This document shows positions 17,654 to 28,345 of a DNA stretch of 64,000 nt, in pieces (positions within the stretch are counted from its first letter, which is position 1; each line of letters opens with the position of its first letter). This DNA comes from Candidatus Binatia bacterium (GTDB lineage: Bacteria > Desulfobacterota > Binatia > UBA9968 > CAXXLF01). Below the pieces are notes generated by a model that was not told where the DNA came from, ran no database searches, and saw only the letters and a list, made by a program, of their open reading frames with translations. The DNA lies in assembly GCA_963664015.2 (NCBI GenBank), contig CAXXLF010000002.1:1601008-1665007 (forward strand), read 5' to 3'. A program made the translations under genes and the position numbers.

Positions 17654-18972
17654 TTATTTCGGGACCTGCCGGAAATAATCCTGGGACGCCTCCATAACGC
17701 GTGGCGATAACAGCAACGCCGCCATCATCGTTGGCAGCGCCATGAAGGCAAAGCCGGTATCGAGCAAATTGACAACACTCTCGGTGGTACAGAGGGCACC
17801 CAGCACAATCATGGCACAATAAAAATAATTGTAGAAATGGCCGTGCCCCCAACCCACGAGATACGAGAAACACTTGCGACCATAATAGGAGTATTCCACC
17901 ATCGTGGAAACCGCAAAGAGGACCACAGACAATACGATCAGGAGCCGACCCAGGCCGCCCATGGCGGATTCGAAGGCCTGAGACGTTAGGTCGACGCCCC
18001 GAACACCCAAGCCCTGCCAGTTGCCCTCCACCAGCACCACGAGCGAAGTCATTGTACAAATCACGATGGTGTCGATAAAGGGACCATTCATTGCCACGAG
18101 ACCTTCACGCACGGGCGGGCGGGTTTTGGCCGCACCATGGGCGAGCGCAGCCGTCCCGATACCCGCCTCGTTGGAGAAGGCTGCCCGTTTGACGCCTGTG
18201 GCTATGACTTTGGAAACGGCAATCCCCGTCGCCCCACCGGCGGCGGTTCCGCTTAAGGCATCATGAAAGATCATGGCGAACAGACCCGGGATCTCCTCCA
18301 GATGTGTTCCGAGTATATAAAGACAGGCGAGAATATAGACTCCGCACATCAGGGGCACGATGCGGCTCGTGACTCTTCCTATGCGTTGAATCCCACCCAT
18401 AATCACGCCGCCAACGATCAGCATCCCGCCCACTCCGGTCCAGCCCCGGCTCAATCCGTAGGAACTCTCCAGAACCTCTGCCAATTGATTGGCCTGAAAA
18501 AGAGTCAGGCAACCCACCAGCCCGCAAACGGAAAACAAAAATTGCCAGGAGCCGAAAGAGCCGCCCCAGACCTGCCTCGATAAAATACATGGGCCCGCCT
18601 TGATCCACTCCGTACTCGTCCCTCAACCGGTACATACAGGCAAGGGTGCAGGTGAAGAACCTGGTGGCCATGCCCACCGTTGTAGAAACCCACATCCAGA
18701 ACACGGCTCCCGGCCCCCCCCTGGGTGATGGCTACCGCTACGCCGGCAATATTACCCATCCCGACAGTTGAGGAAAGAGCCGTAGAGAGCGCCTGGAAAT
18801 GCGCAATCTCACCGGGATCGTTTGGATCATCCCATTTACCGCACAAGATTTGCCAGGAATGACGAGCGTAACGAAACAGTGTAAAGCGGGAGTAAAGGGT
18901 AAGAAACAACCCGCCGCCAATCACGAGAACGATCAGTGGCCATCCCCATGCGTAGCCGACGGCTACGAACAA
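17654..18972 (-). pseudogene. alanine/glycine:cation symporter (AGCS family) with two frameshifts
   Basis: Three overlapping ORFs carry consecutive AGCS blocks: ...FQALSTALSSTVGMGNIAGVAVAITQGG / FWMWVSTTVGMATRFF...GGPMYFIEAGLG / SVCGLVG...QANQLAEVL.... Shift 1 is at the G8 run (plus-strand C8 at 18714-18721). Shift 2 is in the T5/T4 runs near 18531-18542. Confidence 0.8.
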
Positions 18973-19059
18973 GAAACGATCAACAGTGGAAAGCCAGGTG
19001 TCAAATTTTAACCAAAATTATTTGAAATGTTCCCGTGGAATTTCGGATTACCAATTGGG

Positions 19060-19275
19060 AAGAAGATGACTCGCGTAAATACGCAAAGGACGCCAAGTTT
19101 GGAGCAATCATGCTAACCGTAGATTTTCGCAGACGAAAATTGGTAAAGTGCATAGCGTTCGGATCTCTCTTTCAGCCCTTTATCGATCTTCAATCCTCTA
19201 TTTTCGATTCTCATCCCTCCCCACTCAACCCTCAGCGCTCGTTACTCAGTACTGAGTCCGGTAGGCGTCTTGGCG
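19060..19275 (+). repeat. diverged or composite copy (D) of the intergenic repeat family
   Basis: It shares the modules ctaaccgtagattttcgcag and gtgcatagcgttcggat...ctttcag...tcagtactgagtccgg with copies B and C, and contains the 14-bp palindrome ACTCAGTACTGAGT. Confidence 0.35.
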
Positions 19276-19448
19276 CGAAATTCTTTGTTAAAGTCGTTCT
19301 GTTGAACCTTCAATAGGTAAGAATAAGGTTATCCGCGTCCACGAGACACTATTAAGGTATTGTTGAATTGCATTTTGAACTGAATTAGGCTCTGTATGCA
19401 GGGATTCTCATTTTGTAATCCATAGGCGAAACGTACCTCAACGGCTTC

Positions 19449-22168
19449 ATGCGATTCAATATTCAAGCCATTTTGCTGCTTCTTGTGGTAGCCTGCACCC
19501 CGGCATGTCAAACTGTACGCTTAACCCAGGGACGTACCAATATTCCTTCGGGTCAGCTGGCCAAGACCGTCATCCCCACTCACTACGATCTGGCACTCAC
19601 CGTCTTCCCGGATCAAGAGCGCTTTCAGGGCCGCGTTGCGATTGACGTTGAAATTCGGGAACCGACCACACTCATTTGGCTCCATGGCTATGGTTTGAAT
19701 GTCACTACCGCCTCGCTGGCGCTGGCCAACGGACGAAAACTGGTTGGTGGTTATAAGCAGATCAATGACGACGGTGTCGCACAGGTGCAGCTCCCCGAGC
19801 GGGTCGAGCCCCAACACGCCCGTTTGTTGTTCGAATATGACGCACCTCTTATAACAACCGACCTGGAGGGGCTATACCGCGTTCAGCAAGGGAAGGACTG
19901 GTACGCTTTCACTCAATTCGAAGCCATCGCAGCCCGCCATTGCTTTGTCTCCTTCGATGAGCCGGCCTTCAAGGCGACCTTTGCAGTATCCTTAACGGTT
20001 CGGGCTGAGCACAGGGCCCTGGCCAATACGCCGCAGGTGGGAGAGGAGCGTCTCACGGGGAATACCAAGAGGGTGCAATTCCCCACTACAAAGAAAATCC
20101 CAACTTATCTGGTAGCGCTTGCGGTGGGCCCCCTCGACGTGGTGGAGGCTGAGCCTATACCCCTTAACTCCGTCAGGCAGGTTCCGGTGCCACTGCGAGG
20201 AATTGCGGCTCGCGGCCAGGGCACCCGCCTGGCATACGCACTTAAGCACACCGGTCGCCTGCTGAAGATTCTAGAGGAATACGTCGGCATTGCCTATCCT
20301 TTTCAAAAGCTTGACATTGTCGCCGTGCCGAAATTCGGCGGCGGAGCCATGGGAAACGTGGGTCTCATCACGTTCAGAGATCGAATACTCATGGTCGACG
20401 AGGTGACGGCTTCGGTCAATCAGAAGCAACCCTTCGCCTACTATATGGCTCATGAACTTGCCCACCAGTGGTTCGGTAATCCGGTCACCATGCCATGGTG
20501 GGACGATCTTTGGCTCAACGAAGCTTTCGCAACGTGGTTGGAATATCGAGTCGTTGAAGCCTTCGACCCGAGCACCAAGGCTAGGGTGGGTCAACTGAAA
20601 GACATCCTCGAGACGATGGATGAGGACAGCTTGCTTTCTACACGCGAGATCCGCCAGCCGATTGTCACCGCCCACGACATCGACAACGCTTTCGATGGAA
20701 TCACGTATAGCAAAGGTGGTGGCGTCATCTCGATGTTCGAGCGTTTCCTTGGCGCGGAGCAGTTTCAAAAAGGGGTCCGCCATTACTTGAATAAGTTTAG
20801 CTATCAAGTGGCCGACACAGAACAGTTTCTCGCGGCCCTATCCTCTGGATCGGGAAAGGATATCAGCGACTCCTTTCGGACATTTTTAGTTCAACCGGGT
20901 GTCCCCCTCGTGGAGTTTCAACCAAGTTGTAACAACGGCACCGCTAGCGTGTTGCTGCGCCAATCACGCTATATCCCCTTCGGATCCAATGCCCCGTCGG
21001 ATCGAATTTGGCAAGTACTGTCTGCCTCCGCTATGGGATAGGGGGTGAGGCCTTCGAGACCGGCGAACTCATCGGAGCACAAGAGACTGTCATGCAGGTA
21101 TCTACTAGCGGTTGCCCCGACTGGGTCCTGCCAAACGCCGACGGCGCTGGATACTATCGCTGGACCCTGCCCGCAGAAGAGCTACGCCGTTTGAACGCCA
21201 CTGCAAAGGATTCCCTATCAACTCGCGAGCTCTTGTCGGTGGGAGACAGCCTCTGGGCAGACTTTACAAAGGGCACGGTTTCAGCGGCTACGGCTTTAGA
21301 GCTGGCACCCTGGGTTGCCCAACACCCCGAGCGGGAGGTGGCGACAGTACCGATGGAGCTCGTCCGGTTTACGCGCAACCGCTTGGTCCGTAAGGGCCAA
21401 CGGCGCAGCGTCGAGAGGTTCGCGAATGAACTGTACGATGACGCGTTGAAACGGTTAGGGGTAACTCCGAAAGCCGGCGAACCCAACCAGTCCCGCTTGT
21501 TCCGGAGGGATCTGCTGGCGTTCCTTGCACGCGTCGGCCGACACCCTGAGGTGCGTCGAGCACTGGCGCGGTCGGGGTGCGCCTATATCGGTTACAAAAC
21601 AGACGGATTGATTCACCCGGAGGCAGTCGATGCAGATCTGGTCCCTTTGGCCCTCGGTGTTGCAGTCCAAGAAGGTGATGCCGAATTTCTTGATGCTATG
21701 GTCAAGCATCTTAAAGACAGCGAGACCGATTCCGTGGTTCGCAGGCATCTACGCGCCGGCCTGGTACAGGCGACTGAACCAGAGCTCGCCGAGCGAGTAC
21801 GAAACCTGATCTTGAGCGGTAGCGGCCGTACCCATCAAAAGGTTCGGTTGCTACGGCGTCATTTACGGTTGAGCGAAAATCATGCATCGGGACTCCAGTG
21901 GTTGCGTGAGAATCTGGAGAAGCTCCTGACCAAGATTCCATCGGACCACGGGGGCTCTTTGGTTTGGGTCACGGCCTCTTTTTGTAGTTCAGACGAGGCG
22001 GTTTTGGTTCAACAGCTGTTTGGACCCAGTATTAACACGCGGCCAGGCGGGCCCCGCGACCTGGCTGCCACATTGGAAACCATCAACCAGTGCGCGGCGC
22101 TGCGGCGGGCGCAGCAGGCGAGCGCCCGAGCCTTTTTTAATCAACGGCCTACGGCCCAGTTCAAATAG
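19449..22168 (+). pseudogene. pepN: M1-family aminopeptidase N-like lipoprotein, frameshifted, with a degenerate exopeptidase motif
   Basis: ORF 19449..21041 carries a lipobox (LVVAC), HELAHQWFGN and WLNEAFA. ORF 21008..22168 carries the ERAP1-C-like domain (WVLPNADGAGYYRW). A 1-nt frame break lies near 21020-21025. The GAMEN motif reads GAMGN. Confidence 0.8.
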
Positions 22169-22209
22169 TGAGTTAGCCGTCGCCAAAACTTATAATTCGG
22201 AGGAGCACT

Positions 22210-22856
22210 ATGGAGAGCCAACAGTTCGTACACGAGCTTCTGGATACGGTGAACGGATTCTGCCGATCACTGGATACTCGACCTCCTGCATACAGCTATA
22301 TTCCCCTGAAAACGGACGAAGAGCGGGTTCGAGTCATGAAGAGTCGTTTATTCAACGAGCTCCGAGCATCGGACCTCTACGGGACCTGGCTCAAGACAAC
22401 ACGTGAGTTTGAAGTCAAGGCCTTGATGGCAAAGTCGGCCCACGAGGAAACGGTCCATGCGGATCTCCTGGCCGCTCGGATTCCCAAACTCGGGCATGAC
22501 CCTTCGATTACCGCCCGCTTCCCGCACAGACGGCGATGTTCAACGCCCTGGAGGGGCTCATGGATACCTGCCAGCGTATTGCGAGGTTTTCCCTGGCAGG
22601 GGAAGCCGTTGCGACCTACCTGACTCAAATGAGTCTTCAGGAGGCGTCGGCACCCGAATGGATCAAGCAGCCCTATAGGCGGATTACCGACGATGAGGAG
22701 AGTCACGGGAGTGTTCCCCAGGATATTCTAAAACATTATGCGACGGCGTCGGAATCGCAGAATGCGGCGCGCCGGGCGGTGGCTATGCGTCTCGTCCTCT
22801 TTCGTGAGTATCTCTCAAGCCTCGACCGGTGGGCAACGGGGAAATCCCCATGGTAG
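22210..22856 (+). pseudogene. ferritin-like di-iron (two ExxH) protein gene with a 1-nt frameshift
   Basis: ORFs 22210..22623 and 22536..22856 overlap in different frames. AHEETVH and DDEESHG are the two ExxH motifs. Reading continuity (..LGHDP / FDYRPLPAQTAMFNALEGL..) is restored by one extra T near 22505-22512. Confidence 0.5.
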
Positions 22857-22985
22857 ATTGGTAAAGTCACCCGCTAGCCAGAAACCACTGACGTAAACCA
22901 GTAGTGGCCTCATTGTTATCAAACGAGCCTGCCACACGTGAAGAGGGTGCTCCCTCCTTATTTCCGGTCACCGTCTAGTTCAGAG

Positions 22986-25900
22986 TTAAGAGGTGGCGCT
23001 GACTTCTTGGAAGGGCTCTTCCATGAGGCGGTTGATGTTCGCGATCGAGACGCGGCCGATTTCCGAGGTAGGCTCGACCTTCCAGAAATGAGGGCGGTAC
23101 TGATGCCACTGCCTCAGGATCTCCTGAGCCCAGGGGCTCCGGGTAAATTCCCAGTGGGTGAGAATGAGGTTGCGAAGTAACTCGGTGTCCTCGGCCTCCT
23201 CCAAATGGACCATGCCTATGAACTGGGGATTGTACTTCAACTCGAAGTCACCGGCCATATCGAGGACATAGGCCAACCCCCCGGTCATGCCGGCTCCGAA
23301 GTTACGCCCGGTTGACCCCAACACGACGGTAACACCACCGGTCATGTACTCGCATCCATGGTCCCCAACTCCTTCGATGACTGAGATGGCCCCGCTGTTA
23401 CGCACGCAGAAGCGCTCGCCGGCCCGGCCGGCAGCGTAGAGAAACCCGCCGGTTGCCCCGTACAGGACCGTATTACCGACGATGGCGTTTTCGTGGGTTT
23501 TGTAAGTTGCACCCCGGCCCGGTCGGATGATGATCTCTCCTCCTGAAAGCCCCTTCCCTACATAATCGTTAGCCTCACCGTTGAGAATCAGGCGGACTCC
23601 GCGTATAGAGAAAGCCCCGAAACTTTGGCCTGCGGTGCCCTCAAAGTGGCACTGGATGGTGGCAGGCGGGAGTCCCGTATCGCCGTAACGACGGGCTATG
23701 GCCCCTCCGAGGCCTGTCCCTACCGCACGATTGATGTTACGGATCTGGTAAAAAAGTTCTACTGAACCATCTCCGTCCAAAGCCTTCTTTGCATCCGTAA
23801 TGATTCTATCGTCCAGTGGATGATCTTTTCGATCATTGCGCGCCCAGGTATGAAACCGGGGACGCTTCCAGGTTGGATCAATGGGTGTAAGGATACAGCT
23901 CAAATCCACCATACGGGCCTTGGATGGATCTTCCACAATTTTTGGTTCCAAAAGATCCACACGCCCGACAATCTCTTCTATCTTCATAAAGCCTAGCTCG
24001 GCAAGTATGGTCCGCACATCTTCGGCCAGCAGGGTAAAAAAGTTCACGACCATATCCGGGGTTCCCGTGTACTTGGCCCTGAGCTCAGGCTTTTGTGTAG
24101 CGATTCCTACGGGACAGGTGTTGAGGTGACACTGCCGGGCCATTACGCAGCCTATGGAGACCATGGCTGCGGTGCCGAAGCCGTACTCCTCGGCGCCGAG
24201 GATTGCTGCTATGACCACGTCCCGGGCCGTGCGCAATCCGCCGTCGGTTCGTAGGACCACTCGCTCGCGCAGATCGTTCAGGACCAGGACTTGCTGCGTC
24301 TCTGCCAAACCCAGTTCCCAGGGTATCCCAGCGTTTTTTACCGACCCGATTGGCGACGCCCCCGTACCCCCGTCGTGTCCTGAGATCTGAACCACGTCGG
24401 CGTAGGCCTTGGCCACGCCGGCAGCAATGGTCCCCACTCCGGCCTCAGCCACTAGTTTCACGGCCACCTTGGCTCGAGGGTTGGACTGTTTCAGGTCGTA
24501 GATGAGCTGTGCCAGGTCTTCGATACTGTAAATGTCATGATGTGGCGGCGGCGAGATCAGCGTAACCCCTGGAACCGAGTGACGGATCGTAGCAATCTCA
24601 ACCGAGACCTTGTGTCCTGGCAGCTGCCCCCCCTCACCGGGCTTTGAGCCCTGTGCCATCTTGATCTCCAGCTCGCGGGCGTTGGCCAGATACTCGGGCG
24701 TCACCCCAAAACGGGCCGATGCCACTTGCTTAAGGGCGCTGTTGCCCCAATCCCCGTTGGGCTTACGGTGATAGCGCGAAGGATCTTCACCTCCTTCGCC
24801 GCTACCGCTCTTTGCACCCAGACGGTTCATACCGATGGCGAGGGTCTCGTGGGCCTCGGGGCCCAGGGCGCCGTAGGACATGGAACCCGTCGTAAAGCGC
24901 CGCACAATATCTCTAACCGGTTCGACCTTTTCCAACGGAACGGGGGTACCGGATTTGAATTGCAAAAGGTCCCGGATAGCCGTTGGCGGGCGCTCATTCA
25001 CGGCCTTGGCATAGGTCTCGTAGTCCTTGGCGGCGCCGCTGTTGACCATCTTATGCAGTGACTTGAACACATCCGGGTTGAAGGCATGATACTCGCCGGT
25101 CTTACGGAAACGGTAAATTCCCTCTTGCTGAAGCTTGGGTTGGTCCGTACCAAAGGCGGCCGCGTGAAAACACAAAATTTCTTGGCCGATTTCATCCAGT
25201 CCGGCGCCCTCGATCCGCGAAGGGGTACCATTAAAATGGCGATTGATGAGATCCTGGTTAAGCCCAATAGCCTCAAAAACCTGTGATCCCCGATAGCTCG
25301 CCAGGGTGGAAATGCCCATCTTGGCCATGATCTTCAGGATGCCGTGCTCGATGGCCTTCTGGAAATTCGCCAAGGCCGTGGCTTGATCGAGTCCATTCAA
25401 CTCGATTTTCTTGTAGCCGTTTTTCATCAGGTGAGTGATCGTTTCAAAGGTCACGTATGGATGGATCATGCTCGCGCCGTAACCTAGAAGACAGGCGAAG
25501 TGGTGTTCTTCCCTGGCCTCACCGGTCTCGGCCACCAGGCTCGCCTTCATTCTCTTTCCTTGCCGGATCAGATGATGGTGCACCGCACTAACGGCCAGGA
25601 GCATTGGAATCGGGGCGTAGGTGGGGCTGATGCCGCGATCGCTGAGGATCAGGATGGTCTTTCCCTCATCTACCGATCGGGCTGCCTCCTGGCATAGATG
25701 TTCCAACGCCACATCTAGTCCCTTGGAGCCGCCCGCCGCGGGGAATAACGCCGGTAAAACCACTGATACGAATTCGGATCGGGCGGAGCCGCCGTTGGAG
25801 AGGCTTCCCGGCAGACCCTTGAGCCATTCGATCTCCTCCTGGCTGAGGACCGGACTCGAGAACTTGATCTCCCTTGCATGTTCCGGGGTCTCTTCCAGAA

Positions 25901-27548
25901 GGCTGCGCCGGCGACCCAGAGCCGTCGCAAATGACATGACCAGCTCTTCCCGCAGGGAATCGATGGGCGGATTGGTCACCTGGGCAAATAGCTGTTTGAA
26001 ATAGCTGTAGAGAAGTCGTGGCCTCTTCGACAGAATAGACAGAGGGGTATCGTCGCCCATTGAACCCACCGGTTCTTTACCTTCGGTGATCATGGGCGCA
26101 ATGATCACCTCCAACTCTTCTTCCGAATAGCCGAAGGCCCGTTGATGCCGAACCAGATCCACGGGTTCCAAGGTCGCGTGGTACTCTTTGTTGCTGAGTC
26201 CAAGGGAATCCACTCGAAATAGGTTTTCCTTCAGCCACTGGCCATAGGGCCGCTGCCGCGCGATTCTTTCTTTCGCTTCGGTGTTTCTCAGGAGTTCACC
26301 ACGGGCAGTATCCACTGCGATCATCTGACCCGGGCCGAGCCTGCCTTTTTCAACCACCTCCGAATCAGGAGTGTCCAGAACACCGACTTCCGAAGCCATA
26401 ATAATCAAGCCGCCCTTGGTAATCTTGTAACGCGCCGGTCTCAAGCCGTTGCGGTCCAGGACAGCGCCTACGGTGATTCCATCGGAAAAGGCAACTGCCG
26501 CGGGTCCATCCCAGGGCTCAGTGATGCAGGCGAGGTACTCGTAAGCGTTGCGTAGATCAGGGTCCATATTCGGCATTCGGGCAAAGGCCTCGGGAATGAG
26601 CATCATGGTGGACTGCAAGACGCTCCGCCCGGATTGAGTAAGCAACTCCATGGCATTGTCCAGGCTCGTGGAATCACTGCCGTCTCCGGTAATGATGGGC
26701 TGTAAGTGTTCAAGCTCTTCACCCCAAATCGACGAACTCATCTCGGCCTCTCGGGCACGCATCCAGTTCCGGTTACCCCGAATGGTGTTGATCTCTCCAT
26801 TGTGCCCCAGCATGCGCATGGGCTGGGCTAACGGCCAGGTGGGGAACGTATTGGTACTGTAGCGCTGATGAAAGACGCTCAGGGCGGTCTCATAATCAGG
26901 GTTTTTCAGATCGAGGTAAAACCGCTCCAGTTGGGGAGCCACGACCAGAGCCTTGTATACCAGGGTACGGTGAGAGAATGAGGAAATATAAAGGTCCGAA
27001 ATCCCCTGGCTGTTTGCATTCTTTTCAACGATCTTTCGCGTGAGGTAGAGCGCTCTTTCGAAGCTGTCGGCATCGAGGCCCTTGGGCTTGCCGATGAGGA
27101 CCTGCTCGATCTCGGGGCGGGTATCCTTGGCCTTATCCCCCAGAGCTTCCATGTTTAGTGGGACCTGTCGCCAGCCAAGAAAGACAAGCCCTTGCCTTTG
27201 GATGGACTCTTCTATGATCTTGCGCGAAAGCTTCTGGGCCTCCAGGTCCTTTCGTGGTAAAAAGATCATCCCCACGCCGAGATCGTCGGGCGTATCGAGA
27301 TGAGCCCCCAGCCGTTCAACCTCCCGGGCCAGGAGTCGAACAGGAATCTGGGTAAGTACGCCCGCGCCATCCCCGGTTTTCGCATCCGCATCCACGGCGC
27401 CGCGATGGGTCAGATTGATGACCGAATACAGAGCCTGGACGAGAATCTCATGGCTCTTGTTACCGCCGATATCGGCTATAAATCCAACACCACAGGCATC
27501 GTGCTCGAACTCGGACCGGTACAGGGAATCTTTAATCGTGGGAAACAT
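22986..27548 (-). CDS. gltB: glutamate synthase large subunit
   Basis: 1520 aa with the N-terminal CGVGF amidotransferase motif and the FMN, Fe-S and GXGXG domains. The ORF is uninterrupted. Confidence 0.95.
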   Translation of the reverse strand: MFPTIKDSLYRSEFEHDACGVGFIADIGGNKSHEILVQALYSVINLTHRGAVDADAKTGDGAGVLTQIPVRLLAREVERLGAHLDTPDDLGVGMIFLPRKDLEAQKLSRKIIEESIQRQGLVFLGWRQVPLNMEALGDKAKDTRPEIEQVLIGKPKGLDADSFERALYLTRKIVEKNANSQGISDLYISSFSHRTLVYKALVVAPQLERFYLDLKNPDYETALSVFHQRYSTNTFPTWPLAQPMRMLGHNGEINTIRGNRNWMRAREAEMSSSIWGEELEHLQPIITGDGSDSTSLDNAMELLTQSGRSVLQSTMMLIPEAFARMPNMDPDLRNAYEYLACITEPWDGPAAVAFSDGITVGAVLDRNGLRPARYKITKGGLIIMASEVGVLDTPDSEVVEKGRLGPGQMIAVDTARGELLRNTEAKERIARQRPYGQWLKENLFRVDSLGLSNKEYHATLEPVDLVRHQRAFGYSEEELEVIIAPMITEGKEPVGSMGDDTPLSILSKRPRLLYSYFKQLFAQVTNPPIDSLREELVMSFATALGRRRSLLEETPEHAREIKFSSPVLSQEEIEWLKGLPGSLSNGGSARSEFVSVVLPALFPAAGGSKGLDVALEHLCQEAARSVDEGKTILILSDRGISPTYAPIPMLLAVSAVHHHLIRQGKRMKASLVAETGEAREEHHFACLLGYGASMIHPYVTFETITHLMKNGYKKIELNGLDQATALANFQKAIEHGILKIMAKMGISTLASYRGSQVFEAIGLNQDLINRHFNGTPSRIEGAGLDEIGQEILCFHAAAFGTDQPKLQQEGIYRFRKTGEYHAFNPDVFKSLHKMVNSGAAKDYETYAKAVNERPPTAIRDLLQFKSGTPVPLEKVEPVRDIVRRFTTGSMSYGALGPEAHETLAIGMNRLGAKSGSGEGGEDPSRYHRKPNGDWGNSALKQVASARFGVTPEYLANARELEIKMAQGSKPGEGGQLPGHKVSVEIATIRHSVPGVTLISPPPHHDIYSIEDLAQLIYDLKQSNPRAKVAVKLVAEAGVGTIAAGVAKAYADVVQISGHDGGTGASPIGSVKNAGIPWELGLAETQQVLVLNDLRERVVLRTDGGLRTARDVVIAAILGAEEYGFGTAAMVSIGCVMARQCHLNTCPVGIATQKPELRAKYTGTPDMVVNFFTLLAEDVRTILAELGFMKIEEIVGRVDLLEPKIVEDPSKARMVDLSCILTPIDPTWKRPRFHTWARNDRKDHPLDDRIITDAKKALDGDGSVELFYQIRNINRAVGTGLGGAIARRYGDTGLPPATIQCHFEGTAGQSFGAFSIRGVRLILNGEANDYVGKGLSGGEIIIRPGRGATYKTHENAIVGNTVLYGATGGFLYAAGRAGERFCVRNSGAISVIEGVGDHGCEYMTGGVTVVLGSTGRNFGAGMTGGLAYVLDMAGDFELKYNPQFIGMVHLEEAEDTELLRNLILTHWEFTRSPWAQEILRQWHQYRPHFWKVEPTSEIGRVSIANINRLMEEPFQEVSATS

Positions 27549-27554
27549 GACTTT

Positions 27555-28094
27555 TTATTTTGCTCGGGAAGTCTCTGTGACCCTCTTTCTCTCTTGAATG
27601 TTTTCGCCCCTCTTGGCTTCACACGCCAGATCAGGATCCATTTCGTGGTCGACCTCCAGGATTTGAGTTTCTTTAGGAGTGGACAGGACCACTTGGGTGA
27701 CCGTTTGCGTTACGCCCTCCATGGAATGAATCTCTCCAAGTAACTTTTCCAAAGAGGCCGTGTTGGCGGTTTTTACTTTTAGGATAAAACTCTTATCTCC
27801 AGTCACATGATGACATTCAAGCACGTCGCTTTCTTGCACCATACGAGATGCGAAGTCCGCAATATCCTTCTGATGGGCAACTGTAACTCCGACAAAAGCG
27901 ACAATATCCTTACCCACGGCCTTGGCATCAACAAGGGCGTGGTATCCCTTGATAATGCCACGGGACTCAAGCTTTTTGACCCGTTCCATCACGGCGGGAG
28001 ATGAAAGATCCACTTCCTTCGCTATCTCTGCCAGATGACGTCGTCCATGACGTTGCAGGATAAATATAATTTTTGTGTCAATGCTGTCCAACAT
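27555..28094 (-). CDS. Lrp/AsnC-family transcriptional regulator
   Basis: 179 aa with an HTH (LDSIDTKIIFILQRHGRRHLAEIAKEVDLSSPAVMERVKKLE) and an AsnC ligand domain. Its stop lies 6 nt upstream of the gltB start. Confidence 0.85.
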   Translation of the reverse strand: MLDSIDTKIIFILQRHGRRHLAEIAKEVDLSSPAVMERVKKLESRGIIKGYHALVDAKAVGKDIVAFVGVTVAHQKDIADFASRMVQESDVLECHHVTGDKSFILKVKTANTASLEKLLGEIHSMEGVTQTVTQVVLSTPKETQILEVDHEMDPDLACEAKRGENIQERKRVTETSRAK

Positions 28095-28131
28095 AGTTAT
28101 CTTATTTAAGCCGTTTAAGGTTTTTTCTTAG

Positions 28132-28160
28132 TTTGTATGTCACATTTTCAGAGCTGTCAA
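28132..28160 (-). promoter_or_regulatory. candidate sigma70-type promoter for lrp-gltB
   Basis: On the minus strand TTGACA (28160-28155), a 17-nt spacer and TACAAA (28137-28132) lie about 35 nt upstream of the lrp ATG, within an AT-rich region. Confidence 0.35.
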
Positions 28161-28345
28161 GCGATTTGCTCGTCAAACTTGAACATTGCCTAAGAATATT
28201 AGGTGATGTAAATCTGTAACAGGTCAATAGATGTTAAGCAGGTTTACTAAGCAATTTTGGGGAGCTTCTTTAGCAGGCTAGGCCCTCAGTATACAACTAG
28301 GGAAGAGCCCAACCGGATGAGGACACTCCGCAGGAGGCACTGCAA

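Noticed and set aside
23881-27743. Numerous plus-strand ORFs of 60-147 aa inside gltB. Likewise the 266-aa minus-strand ORF 49027..49827, 13563..13964, 16597..17019, 20271..20807, 37179..37628, 61526..62107 and others.
   Set aside because: They are antisense to, or out of frame with, strongly supported genes and contain no recognisable motifs. These are typical shadow ORFs of GC-rich coding DNA.
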